Positions 1 through 9,357 of a DNA stretch of 64,000 bases are shown piece after piece. Made by a program: the position numbers and the translations under genes. How positions within the stretch are numbered: the stretch's first letter is position 1; every line of letters begins with the position of its first letter. The notes below the pieces were generated by a model, which had not been told where the DNA came from, did no database searches, and saw only the letters and a list, made by a program, of their open reading frames with translations. Source of the stretch: an uncultured Pelagibacteraceae bacterium. Its GTDB lineage: Bacteria; Pseudomonadota; Alphaproteobacteria; Pelagibacterales; Pelagibacteraceae. The stretch lies in assembly GCA_902561075.1 (NCBI GenBank), contig CACEOC010000002.1, positions 11,283 to 75,282 on the forward strand, given 5' to 3'.

Positions 1-636
1 AAATTTCAAAGCTAAAGTTGAAGCCTCAGCTGAGATATTATGTCCACAATTTTCTATTATTTTTGTTTTTATATTAATTTTATGCCTCATGAAAAAATCC
101 TTTGCATCTAATAAATTACTAGGATCGACAATATCATCTTGGTCACCATGAATTAAGAGTATTCTAGAATTATTTTTTATTTTTTTTGATAAATAATTTT
201 TATCAATAATCTTACCAGAAAAACCTATGACTGAATTAAATTCTTCATCAGATCCAAAAGCTAAGTTTAAAGAGATCATACATCCTTGACTGAAACCGGC
301 TAAACAAATATTTTTATTCTCGAACTTAAAAAAATTTTTAATTTCATTTAAAAAATAAGATACTTTTTTTTCAGCTAACCTAGCCTGTTCTAAGATATAA
401 TCTGGATCATCTCTAGAGAGATCAAACCATTGTCGGCCTGAAGGATTTATTGAACACATTTCGTGACCATCGGGACATATAATAATTGTATTATCAAGAT
501 GTCTCTTCCAACTATAAGCTAAAGCACTAATATCTTTTCCATCACCTCCATAGCCATGAAAAAGGACAATACAATTTTTTATAGTTTCCTCCTTGCCACA
601 GATTACGTTTGTACAATTTAAAATAAAATTTTGCAT
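1..636 (-). CDS. Phospholipase/carboxylesterase (alpha/beta hydrolase), runs off the left edge
   Basis: Not in ORF track; hand translation from ATG at 636: MQNFILNCTNVICGKEETIKNCIVLFHGYGGDGKD...AGFSQG...LIHGDQDDIV...CGHNI (HGxG, GxSxG, HGxxD, catalytic His). Confidence 0.9.
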   Translation of the reverse strand, partial: MQNFILNCTNVICGKEETIKNCIVLFHGYGGDGKDISALAYSWKRHLDNTIIICPDGHEMCSINPSGRQWFDLSRDDPDYILEQARLAEKKVSYFLNEIKNFFKFENKNICLAGFSQGCMISLNLAFGSDEEFNSVIGFSGKIIDKNYLSKKIKNNSRILLIHGDQDDIVDPSNLLDAKDFFMRHKINIKTKIIENCGHNISAEASTLALKF

Positions 637-640
637 TTCT

Positions 641-1171
641 CTAATCGAATTTATATAACCAGCTAAGTAGTTCTTTATTTTTAAAATCTACAGCTCCCAA
701 AATTCTAGCAAATTCTTCTCCATTTTTATTTACTAGTATCGTTGTTGGAACTCCTCTTAATGACAACTTGTTGGGAAGTTCTATGGATGAATCATAATAT
801 AAATTTAAATTTTTTATTTTTATTTCTTTAAAAAAATTTTCAGCTTTTTCCTTACTTTCTCGACCTATATTAATAGGAATTACCAAAATATTTTTAAAAT
901 CTTTATTTGAGGCTAGCTCGTCTAAGTAAGGCATTTCTTCTCTACACGGTGCACACCAGGTTGCCCAAAAGTTGAGAACAACCAATTTATTTCTAAAATT
1001 AGATAGTTTAATAATATCACCTTTGTTGTTTTGAAATACTATGTTTTCTAGTTTTTTTGGCTCTTTATAAAGTATAATATTTTTAATATTTGGATGCTCT
1101 ATTGAATAAGTTAAAGTAGGTGATATTAGATACAATATAAAAATAAATAATTTAAAAAATTTTGAATTCAT
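641..1171 (-). CDS. tlpA: TlpA-family thiol:disulfide oxidoreductase
   Basis: N-terminal signal/TM; LNFWATWCAPCREEMP; GVPTT cis-Pro motif. Confidence 0.9.
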   Translation of the reverse strand: MNSKFFKLFIFILYLISPTLTYSIEHPNIKNIILYKEPKKLENIVFQNNKGDIIKLSNFRNKLVVLNFWATWCAPCREEMPYLDELASNKDFKNILVIPINIGRESKEKAENFFKEIKIKNLNLYYDSSIELPNKLSLRGVPTTILVNKNGEEFARILGAVDFKNKELLSWLYKFD

Positions 1172-1187
1172 CTAAAAAGTATTTATC

Positions 1188-2579
1188 ATGGCAAAAAATA
1201 AAAACAATCAGACAGTTTGGAGTGCTAGAATAAAAAAAAATAGATCCTCAATTTATGACAAAGTTGGTAGTTCACTAGAAGTTGATAAAAGACTTTTTAA
1301 AGAAGATATTGCTTGCTCTATTGCGCATGTTGAGATGCTGCATAAGCAAAAAATTATATCATTTAAGGTTAAAAATAAAATTTTGTTTGGATTAAATCGA
1401 ATTAAAAACCAAATTATAAAAAAAAAAATTTTATTTGATAGAAAACATGAGGATATTCATATGTTTGTTGAAAATAAGCTATTCGAAATTATAGGTGAGG
1501 ATGCTGGTTATGTTCATACGGCTAGATCAAGAAATGATCAGGTTATTACTGATCTAAAAATTTGGCTTAGAAGTAAGACTGTGGAAATTATTAATCTTTT
1601 AAATAATACAATTAAAATTATTATTAAAAAATCAAACAAAAATATTTACACGATAATGCCAGGTTTTACACATTTAAAAAATGCTCAACCAGTAAGCTTT
1701 GCACACTATCTTCTTGCATATGTAGAAATGTTTAATAGAGATAAAAATAGATTTAAAAAGAATTTAAACCAGCTTTTAGAAAATCCTTTAGGAGTTGGTG
1801 CTTTAACGGGAACATCTTTTAATATTGATAGAAATTATACTACAAAAAAATTAAAATTTAAAACAACTACACGTAACTCTATAGATACTGTTTCAGATAG
1901 AGATTACGTTTTAGATTTTTTATATTCATCATCTGTATGCGCGATGCATATATCACGGATGGCAGAAGAATTTATTATCTGGAATTCAGATGCATTTAAT
2001 CTTTTAAATTTAAATGACAACGTAGTTACTGGATCATCAATTATGCCTCAAAAAAAAAATCCTGATCCTTTAGAATATTTAAGAGGGCAAACTGGAAATA
2101 CTTATGGTGATTTATTTTCTATGCTAACCATACTAAAAGGTTTACCCTTATCTTATTTCAAGGACCTGCAAGATGACAAAAAAAAAGTTTTTGATACTTA
2201 TGATAGACTAAAATCATCAATTTTGATCACAAATGAAATTCTTAATAATTTCAAAATAAATAAAAAGAAGATGATAGAATTATCTAATAAAGGTCATATC
2301 ACTGCAACAGATTTAGCAGACCATATAGTAAGAGAATTAAAATACCCTTTCCGAAAGGCTTATAATGTTGTTGCTAAATTAGTTAATTACTGCGATCAAA
2401 AAAATAAAAATTTTAACAACCTAGAAATGCACGAGATAAAAAAAATAGAACCAAAATTGGACGAAAATGTAATGAAAATTTTTGATTTAGAAAATTCGAT
2501 AAAATCAAAAAAATCATTTGGCGGAACATCTTTTGAAAATATAAAGAAAATGATAAAAAACTATAGTAAGATGAATTAA
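1188..2579 (+). CDS. argH: Argininosuccinate lyase
   Basis: HTARSRNDQ, MPGFTHL, GSSIMPQKKNPD. Confidence 0.98.
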   Translation: MAKNKNNQTVWSARIKKNRSSIYDKVGSSLEVDKRLFKEDIACSIAHVEMLHKQKIISFKVKNKILFGLNRIKNQIIKKKILFDRKHEDIHMFVENKLFEIIGEDAGYVHTARSRNDQVITDLKIWLRSKTVEIINLLNNTIKIIIKKSNKNIYTIMPGFTHLKNAQPVSFAHYLLAYVEMFNRDKNRFKKNLNQLLENPLGVGALTGTSFNIDRNYTTKKLKFKTTTRNSIDTVSDRDYVLDFLYSSSVCAMHISRMAEEFIIWNSDAFNLLNLNDNVVTGSSIMPQKKNPDPLEYLRGQTGNTYGDLFSMLTILKGLPLSYFKDLQDDKKKVFDTYDRLKSSILITNEILNNFKINKKKMIELSNKGHITATDLADHIVRELKYPFRKAYNVVAKLVNYCDQKNKNFNNLEMHEIKKIEPKLDENVMKIFDLENSIKSKKSFGGTSFENIKKMIKNYSKMN

Positions 2580-2696
2580 ATGAAAAAATTTTTATTTTTA
2601 ATTATTTTTGTATTGATTATTTCCTGCGGGAAAAAAGGGGATCCCGTATTTAAAGAAAGTAATCATTTTAAATTTGATAAAATTAAAATTATTTAA
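2580..2696 (+). CDS. Small lipoprotein, LptM/YifL (LppL)-like, 38 aa
   Basis: Not in ORF track; MKKFFILIIFVLIISCGKKGDPVFKESNHFKFDKIKII; lipobox IIS-C16 followed by CGKKG; fills the argH-lysA gap exactly, TAA overlaps lysA ATG. Confidence 0.8.
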   Translation: MKKFLFLIIFVLIISCGKKGDPVFKESNHFKFDKIKII

Positions 2697-3913
2697 TGAG
2701 ATACAAAAATAATAAATTTTATATTGAAAATGTTAGTGTAAATTCAATATGTAAACTAACAAATACCCCAACTTATATTTATTCATATAAAAAAATTAAA
2801 GAGAATATTTTAAGTTTTAAAAAGCAATTTAAAAGTATTGATCCTCTAACATGTTTTTCAGTTAAATCTAATAATAATATTAATATTTTAAAAATTATTA
2901 AAAGTTTTGGTCTTGGAGCAGATGTTGTTTCAATGGGTGAATTAAACAGAGTCTTAAAAGCAGGTATTAGTCCAAAAAAAATCGTTTTTTCTGGAGTCGG
3001 AAAAACTGAAGAGGAATTAAAATTTGCAATTAAAAAGAAAATTTTATTAATTAATACTGAGTCCGAAAGTGAATTGATAACAATAGAAAAGATAGCTAAG
3101 TCTATAAAAAAAAGAATTGATATTGGTCTAAGGCTTAATCCTGATACAGATGCTAGAACACTAAGCAAAATTTCAACTGGAAAAAAAGAAAATAAATTTG
3201 GCTTAAATAAAAAAGATTTATTAAAAATAATTAATAATATTAAAAATTCTAAATATTTAAATCTTTTGTGTTTAAGTGTGCATATTGGGAGTCAAATTAC
3301 TTCTCACAAACCTTATGAAAAAATGTTACAAGAGTTAAGCGATACAATTAAAGCCTCTAAATATAAATTTGAATACATTGATTTAGGTGGCGGAATGGGA
3401 ATTAAATACAATAAAAATGAAAAAACTTTAAACTATATTAAGTATTTACACCTAATAAAAAAATTCTTAAAAAAAAATAAATGCAAGATTATATTCGAAC
3501 CAGGTAGATCAATAATCGGCAATACAGGCTATTTAGCATCAAAAGTAATATATATGAAAAAAAGTGGAAAAAAAGTTTTTGTTATCTTAGACGCTGCTAT
3601 GAATGATTTTATGAGGCCAGCTTTGTATGGAGCAAATCACACAATTTTAGCTTCAAAAAAAAATAGCTCCAAGAGTAAGAAAACTTATGAGTTTGTTGGA
3701 CCTATATGTGAGACAACAGATAAATTTTTATCCACGAATAAATTTCAAGTTCTTAAAGAGGGTGATATAGTTTTAATATGTGATGTAGGCGCTTATGGAA
3801 TAGTATTGTCATCAAATTATAATCTTAGGACAATACCACAGGAGGTATTAATAAAAGGTTCGAAAATTAAAACAATTAAAATGAGACAAACTTTAAAAGC
3901 TTTAAATAGTTGA
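2696..3913 (+). CDS. lysA: Diaminopimelate decarboxylase
   Basis: FSVKSN PLP lysine, HIGSQ, DLGGG, EPGR, GPICETTD, GAYG. Confidence 0.97.
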   Translation: MRYKNNKFYIENVSVNSICKLTNTPTYIYSYKKIKENILSFKKQFKSIDPLTCFSVKSNNNINILKIIKSFGLGADVVSMGELNRVLKAGISPKKIVFSGVGKTEEELKFAIKKKILLINTESESELITIEKIAKSIKKRIDIGLRLNPDTDARTLSKISTGKKENKFGLNKKDLLKIINNIKNSKYLNLLCLSVHIGSQITSHKPYEKMLQELSDTIKASKYKFEYIDLGGGMGIKYNKNEKTLNYIKYLHLIKKFLKKNKCKIIFEPGRSIIGNTGYLASKVIYMKKSGKKVFVILDAAMNDFMRPALYGANHTILASKKNSSKSKKTYEFVGPICETTDKFLSTNKFQVLKEGDIVLICDVGAYGIVLSSNYNLRTIPQEVLIKGSKIKTIKMRQTLKALNS

Positions 3914-4611
3914 TGATTAGAAGCGCAATTTTTAAAATTGTTTTTTATCTTGGCCTTATAACAATTTGCTTAATTTTTTTGCCATCTTTAATTTTACCAA
4001 AAAAAATTGCTTCGTACGGAGGTAAATTAACAGGTCATTGGGCATTTATTTGTCTAAAATTTATAATGTCTGTAAATGTAATTATTGAAGGCAAAGAAAA
4101 CCTGCAAATAAATAAAAAATTTTTTATAGCTTGCACTCATCAATCTGCTTTTGAAACTTTTTACCTCCAAACTATTTTTAACTCTCCTTTTTTTATTCTC
4201 AAAAAAGAACTTATTGATATCCCAATATTTGGTTGGTATTTAAAAAAGATTGGATGTGTATCTATAAAAAGAAATATAACTACAAGAGATAATTTAGATT
4301 TTTTTGATAATCTTAAAAATTCAATATTATCTTCTAATGGTCCTTTAATAATTTTTCCACAAGGCACTAGAGTATCTTTTAATGAAAGAACGGATTTTAA
4401 AAAAGGTACTTCAAGAATTTACGATCTTAATTTGACTTGTTTGCCAGTTGTAATTAATTCTGGTTTGGTCTGGCCAAAATCTGGAAATGTTTTGCCAAAT
4501 AGAGATATAAAGATCTCTATTTTAAAACCAATAGCTGAGGGTGCAGAAAAAAGAGATTTTATAAAAAACTTACAAAATTTAATGTATAGGGAATTAGACA
4601 GGTTAGTTTAA
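3913..4611 (+). CDS. plsC: 1-acyl-sn-glycerol-3-phosphate acyltransferase
   Basis: HQSAFET, IIFPQGTR motifs; ATG overlaps lysA TGA. Confidence 0.88.
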   Translation: MIRSAIFKIVFYLGLITICLIFLPSLILPKKIASYGGKLTGHWAFICLKFIMSVNVIIEGKENLQINKKFFIACTHQSAFETFYLQTIFNSPFFILKKELIDIPIFGWYLKKIGCVSIKRNITTRDNLDFFDNLKNSILSSNGPLIIFPQGTRVSFNERTDFKKGTSRIYDLNLTCLPVVINSGLVWPKSGNVLPNRDIKISILKPIAEGAEKRDFIKNLQNLMYRELDRLV

Positions 4612-5720
4612 CCTTTCATAGGCATTATAACATAGATACTATCAAAGTCAGAAGGATCTTTAATCAAAGCTGGCGAACCAGTATCTTTAAGATAAAGTTC
4701 AATGCTGTCCCCTTCGAGTTGGGAAGCAATATCAATTAGATATCTTGAATTGAAACTTATATCTAGCTCATGTTCAAATTTAACTTTAAGATTTTCTTTT
4801 CCATCACCGCTATTGGTATTATTAACCGATAAATCGAGATTATCTTTAGAAATTTCAAATTTAACTCCGTCTTTTTTATCTAGAGAAACTGATGCAACTC
4901 TATCCACAGAATTTAAAAAACTTTTTAAATTAACCTCTAATTTTTTTTGATTTTCTTTGGGTATTACCTGAACATAGTTTGGAAATTTTCCATCGATTAA
5001 TTTTGAGATTAAAACACTATCGTCTAATTCAAATTTAATTTTTGATTTTGTGTTTGATATTTTAACATCACCATCAAAATCATCTAATAAAGAGCATAAT
5101 TGGAATATTGTTTTTTTTGGTAAAATTATAGGCTCAAATTCAATGCTATCCGATAGTCTTATTTTTGACACTGACATTCTGTGGCTGTCTGTAGCAACTG
5201 CAGTTAAATAGGAATTTTCATTTGATTTTGTAACATGAAAAAAAATTCCACTTAAGTAATGTCTTGTTTCATCATTCGACATTGAAAATTTACACTTATT
5301 TAAAAGTTTAAGAAGTTTTTTTGAATTTATATTTAAAAATTCTTTTTCAAAATTTTCATCAGTTAATGGAAATTCTGAAGCTTCTATACAGTTAAGATTA
5401 AATACTGAGTTTTCTGATTCCATATTCAGTTTCGCATCTCCTACATTCGAAAAATTTATTTTTTTTCCTGAAGAAATTTTTCTTATGATGTCATACATAA
5501 TAGAGGAAGAAGTTGTTGTTTTTCCCTCTTGCTCAATTTGAACATTGTTTATCTTATGAATAAAAATTAAATCTAAATCCGTTGCAGTAAAAGTTAGACT
5601 AGAGTTAGATGCATCTAACATTACGTTTGATAATATTGGTAAAGTGCTTCTTTTTTCTATTACGCCCTGACAATAATTAAGCGATTTTTGTACATCTTGT
5701 TGATTTGCGCTAAATTTCAT
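4608..5720 (-). CDS. dnaN: DNA polymerase III beta clamp
   Basis: TLPILSN, ATDLD, VATDSHR, IDGKFPNY, VIMPM C-terminus. Confidence 0.98.
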   Translation of the reverse strand: MKFSANQQDVQKSLNYCQGVIEKRSTLPILSNVMLDASNSSLTFTATDLDLIFIHKINNVQIEQEGKTTTSSSIMYDIIRKISSGKKINFSNVGDAKLNMESENSVFNLNCIEASEFPLTDENFEKEFLNINSKKLLKLLNKCKFSMSNDETRHYLSGIFFHVTKSNENSYLTAVATDSHRMSVSKIRLSDSIEFEPIILPKKTIFQLCSLLDDFDGDVKISNTKSKIKFELDDSVLISKLIDGKFPNYVQVIPKENQKKLEVNLKSFLNSVDRVASVSLDKKDGVKFEISKDNLDLSVNNTNSGDGKENLKVKFEHELDISFNSRYLIDIASQLEGDSIELYLKDTGSPALIKDPSDFDSIYVIMPMKG

Positions 5721-7134
5721 TATTTTTATTAAAAATTATTTTATTTTTAAGACTTTCTAAATTGGTATTAAATTCCTCATCATTTTTTCGTATTTTTTCA
5801 ATTGTCTTTACAGAATGTATAACAGTTGTGTGATCTCTATTTGAGAAAGATCTACCAATTTCTGGTAGAGATTTAGATGTCAAAACTTTTGTCAAATAAA
5901 TAGCTGCTTGTCTTGGTCTTACTAAGTATCGAGATCTTCTTGAAGATAGCATTTCATTCTTGCTTATTTTAAAATATTTGCATACTTCAGTTTGAATTAA
6001 TTCTATAGTGATATTATTTTCAGGTAACTGAAGTAAATCTTTAAGAATTAATCTAGTTTCTGACAAGTTAGGCACTTTGTTATAGATTCTTGAAAAAGAA
6101 ATGATTCGATTAAGTGCACCTACTATTTCTCTAATATTGCTTTTGATTTCTCTACTTATAAATAGTTTAATCTCTTTTGGTATTTCTAAATAATTAGAAT
6201 TTAAATTTTTTAGTTTTTCACATTTTGAATTTATAATTTCATATCTTAAGTTGTTGTCTGCATTTTGAATATCTACAACCAGTCCTCCAGAAAATCTTGA
6301 CTTAATTCTCTCTTGAATTCTTACCAGTTTATTTGGTGGTCTATCAGCGGTTATAACTATTTGTGACATGCTTTCTTTTAAAGATGTAAAAGTGTGAAAA
6401 AACTCTTCCTGCAGTGCTTCTTTACCATTCATAAATTGAATATCATCAATGATTAAAACGTCGGTATTTCTAAAATAATCTTTAAATTTGACCATTTCAT
6501 TTGATTTAATAGATTTAACAAATTGATACATGAACCTTTCTGCTGAAATGAACATTACTTTTTTTGTTTGTTTTAATTTTAAGCCTATTGCGTTTACTAA
6601 ATGTGTTTTTCCCATTCCCACACCACTATAAATATACAAAGGGTTATAGTGAGCAATATCGTTTGATACTTTTTTAGATGCTTCTAAAGCTAATTTATTA
6701 CTTTCGCCAACCACAAAATTTTCAAAATTTTTATTAGGATCTAAACGGTTATAATTTAGGTATGTATCCTCAATAAAAGATATATTTTGTTCTTTAATAT
6801 TAGATTTTTTTGTATCAAAGTTATTTATTTCGCTAATTTTAAAATCATTTGTTTTATTTGCTATTGAAAATTCGATCCTAACAATCTCTTTTTTATAACC
6901 TTTAACTATTTTTAAAATTTCATCTAAGTATCTAGATGTTATCCAATCTCTTATAAATCTTGTAGAGACTGAAATTAATATATAATTTTGGAATTCATCA
7001 ACAAACTCAATTTTTTTTAACCAGCTTTCATAAATTTCTCTACCAAATTTTTCTTTTAATTCTATTTGTATTTCTTCCCACTTAATATTTTTTTCGATTT
7101 TTTCAGATAAATTTTGATTTTGATTATTACTCAT
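5710..7134 (-). CDS. dnaA: Chromosomal replication initiator
   Basis: YNPLYIYSGVGMGKTHL, LIIDDIQF, QEEFFHTF, RDHTTVIH. Confidence 0.99.
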   Translation of the reverse strand: MSNNQNQNLSEKIEKNIKWEEIQIELKEKFGREIYESWLKKIEFVDEFQNYILISVSTRFIRDWITSRYLDEILKIVKGYKKEIVRIEFSIANKTNDFKISEINNFDTKKSNIKEQNISFIEDTYLNYNRLDPNKNFENFVVGESNKLALEASKKVSNDIAHYNPLYIYSGVGMGKTHLVNAIGLKLKQTKKVMFISAERFMYQFVKSIKSNEMVKFKDYFRNTDVLIIDDIQFMNGKEALQEEFFHTFTSLKESMSQIVITADRPPNKLVRIQERIKSRFSGGLVVDIQNADNNLRYEIINSKCEKLKNLNSNYLEIPKEIKLFISREIKSNIREIVGALNRIISFSRIYNKVPNLSETRLILKDLLQLPENNITIELIQTEVCKYFKISKNEMLSSRRSRYLVRPRQAAIYLTKVLTSKSLPEIGRSFSNRDHTTVIHSVKTIEKIRKNDEEFNTNLESLKNKIIFNKNNEI

Positions 7135-7451
7135 AGATAATTCACTTAGCAGATAGAGATATTTTATTACAATAAAATTATTATTTTGAATAAAAATATT
7201 TAAAATCTGTAATTGTAAAATTTTAACGCGAATGCAATCTCAAAGTTAAGTCTTTAGTTTTATTTTAGAATAGTAAAAATTTATTTACTATTTTTTTTTA
7301 CTTCAATAACAAGATATAGTTATTTTAATAAATTTTTAAATTAGATTTAGTGTCAAATAAAATTTTGAAATAAAAACTCTAGATTTTAATATGTTTTATA
7401 AAATTGACACTTTTGATTGAAACCACTTAAGGTTGTCAGAGTTTTTAATAA

Positions 7452-7712
7452 CTAAAGGTTGTTTATTTTCTTTGTAATTCTTGAAATATTTCTTGACGCA
7501 TTTTGCCTTTTTATAATGCCTGATTTTGAGATTCTCATTAATTCTGAATTTAATTTTGGCAGAAATTTTAAAGCATCATTCTTATTTTTTTTTTCTATTA
7601 ACAAATTCATTTTTTTTAATGCATTTTTATATCTAGCCTTTCTAGATTTATTAACAATAGTTTGTCTTGATATTCTTCTTATTCTTTTAATTGCTGATTT
7701 AGTGTTTGCCAT
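7452..7712 (-). CDS. rpsT: 30S ribosomal protein S20
   Basis: MANTKSAIKRIR N-terminus, 86 aa basic, upstream of dnaA as usual in alphaproteobacteria. Confidence 0.97.
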   Translation of the reverse strand: MANTKSAIKRIRRISRQTIVNKSRKARYKNALKKMNLLIEKKNKNDALKFLPKLNSELMRISKSGIIKRQNASRNISRITKKINNL

Positions 7713-7720
7713 TAGCGAGC

Positions 7721-7749
7721 TATATAACTTGCTAATTATTGTTGGTCAA
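7721..7749 (-). promoter_or_regulatory. Sigma70-type promoter of rpsT
   Basis: Minus strand TTGACC-17 nt-TATATA, 8 nt before the ATG. Confidence 0.6.
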
Positions 7750-7762
7750 TACTCAAAAAAAA

Positions 7763-8623
7763 TTATTTTTGACAGTTTTCACAATAAAATGTTGATCTAT
7801 TTGAAATGTTTATTTTTTTAATTTTATAATTACATTTTTTGTTAGGACAATTATGATTATCTTTATCGTATACTTTAAAGTTATCTTGAAATGATCCTTT
7901 GGCTCCTTCGGTGTTTCTAAAATCTCTAATGGATGAACCACCCTTTAAAATGGCTTTTTTTAAAACTAATTTAGAATATTTATATAAATATTTTAATTCA
8001 AAATCTTTTAACTTTAGTCCTTTTTTTCTTGGGTTTAATCCTGAATGAAAAAGAATTTCGTTGGCATAAATATTTCCAATCCCTGAAATTATTTTTTGAT
8101 CTAGAAGTATACTTTTAATGCATTTGTTTCTAAATAGAATATTTTTTTTTAGGTATTTCAAATTAAAATTTTTATCAAGAGGCTCATAACCAATATTTTT
8201 TAAATATAATTTAAAACTTTCCTCATCTTTTAATAATTTAAAAAAACCAAATCTTCTAGGATCATTATAAATTACTCTAAATTTTTTAAATATTAATATT
8301 ATATGATTGTGTTTAATCGGTAGATCTTTGGATTGGTAAAAACTCAAATTAGTATTTTTTAATATATTGTTTCTTATTAAGTGGAAAGTTCCTGTCATAC
8401 CAAGATGTATTATTACGTAAATATTTCCATTCAACCCCACGATAATGTTTTTAGCATATCTACTAACATTTTTAATTTTTCTATTTTTTAAGATTTTTTC
8501 GAAATCCTTATCTACTTTGAATCTTAAGTTTCTATTATTAACAATAACATTAAGAATTTTTTTATCTTTTACATTTTTTTTTAGTGACTTTTTAACTATT
8601 TCTACTTCTGGCAATTCTGGCAT
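7763..8623 (-). CDS. mutM: Formamidopyrimidine-DNA glycosylase
   Basis: MPELPEVE, HLGMTG, DPRRFG, GIGNIYANE, C-terminal Zn finger. Confidence 0.98.
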   Translation of the reverse strand: MPELPEVEIVKKSLKKNVKDKKILNVIVNNRNLRFKVDKDFEKILKNRKIKNVSRYAKNIIVGLNGNIYVIIHLGMTGTFHLIRNNILKNTNLSFYQSKDLPIKHNHIILIFKKFRVIYNDPRRFGFFKLLKDEESFKLYLKNIGYEPLDKNFNLKYLKKNILFRNKCIKSILLDQKIISGIGNIYANEILFHSGLNPRKKGLKLKDFELKYLYKYSKLVLKKAILKGGSSIRDFRNTEGAKGSFQDNFKVYDKDNHNCPNKKCNYKIKKINISNRSTFYCENCQK

Positions 8624-8652
8624 TTGATACTATATTAGCAGTTATTTAAATT

Positions 8653-9357
8653 ATGTCGCAAAAATTACAAAAGGATAAAAAGCTTGTTCAGGAAGTTTTC
8701 GATAAAGTCTATAATAAATATGACTTAATGAACGATATTATGTCGTTTGGCTCCCATAGAAATTGGAAAAAGATACTTATCCAAATGATGAATCCTAGTG
8801 AAAATCAAAATCTTATAGATGTTGGTTGCGGGACTGGTGATGTTGGAAAGTTATTTTCTGATGCAACCGATAGTAAATGTAGAATTTTATCTATAGATCC
8901 AAACGCTCAAATGATCGAGCTCGGCAAAAAAAAATTAAGAAACTACAAGACTATAAGTTGGCAAATAGGTTCTGGAGAAAAGCTCGATGTTAAAAGTAAC
9001 ACTTTTGACTTTTATACAATTAGCTTTGGATTAAGAAATACCTCGGATGTTGAAAAAACAATAAAGGAGGCCTATAGAGTTTTGAAAAAAGGAGGTAGAT
9101 TTTTTTGTTTAGAGTTTTCAAAAGTTGAAAATTCTAATCTTGAATTTCTTTATAAAAAATATTCGCAAGCAATACCTAAAATTGGTAAATATGTTGTAGG
9201 AGATGAGAAGCCATATAATTATCTTATTCAAACAATTGATAATTTCTTAAATCAAGATGAATTATTAGATATATTAAAAAAATATAAATTTGAGGATTGT
9301 CAATATTTAAATATTACTGGTGGAATAGTGGCGATACATTCAGGCTGGAAAATTTAA
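8653..9357 (+). CDS. ubiE: Ubiquinone/menaquinone C-methyltransferase
   Basis: YDLMNDIMSFGSHR, DVGCGTGD, ISFGLRN, CLEFS. Confidence 0.96.
   Translation: MSQKLQKDKKLVQEVFDKVYNKYDLMNDIMSFGSHRNWKKILIQMMNPSENQNLIDVGCGTGDVGKLFSDATDSKCRILSIDPNAQMIELGKKKLRNYKTISWQIGSGEKLDVKSNTFDFYTISFGLRNTSDVEKTIKEAYRVLKKGGRFFCLEFSKVENSNLEFLYKKYSQAIPKIGKYVVGDEKPYNYLIQTIDNFLNQDELLDILKKYKFEDCQYLNITGGIVAIHSGWKI

Noticed and set aside
7325-7339. TTAA-N7-TTAA CtrA-like box
   Set aside because: Expected by chance in such AT-rich DNA; no supporting evidence
7135-7451. oriC upstream of dnaA
   Set aside because: No DnaA-box cluster found; isolated 8/9 matches near 4900 and 49791 are within genes; parS lies far away
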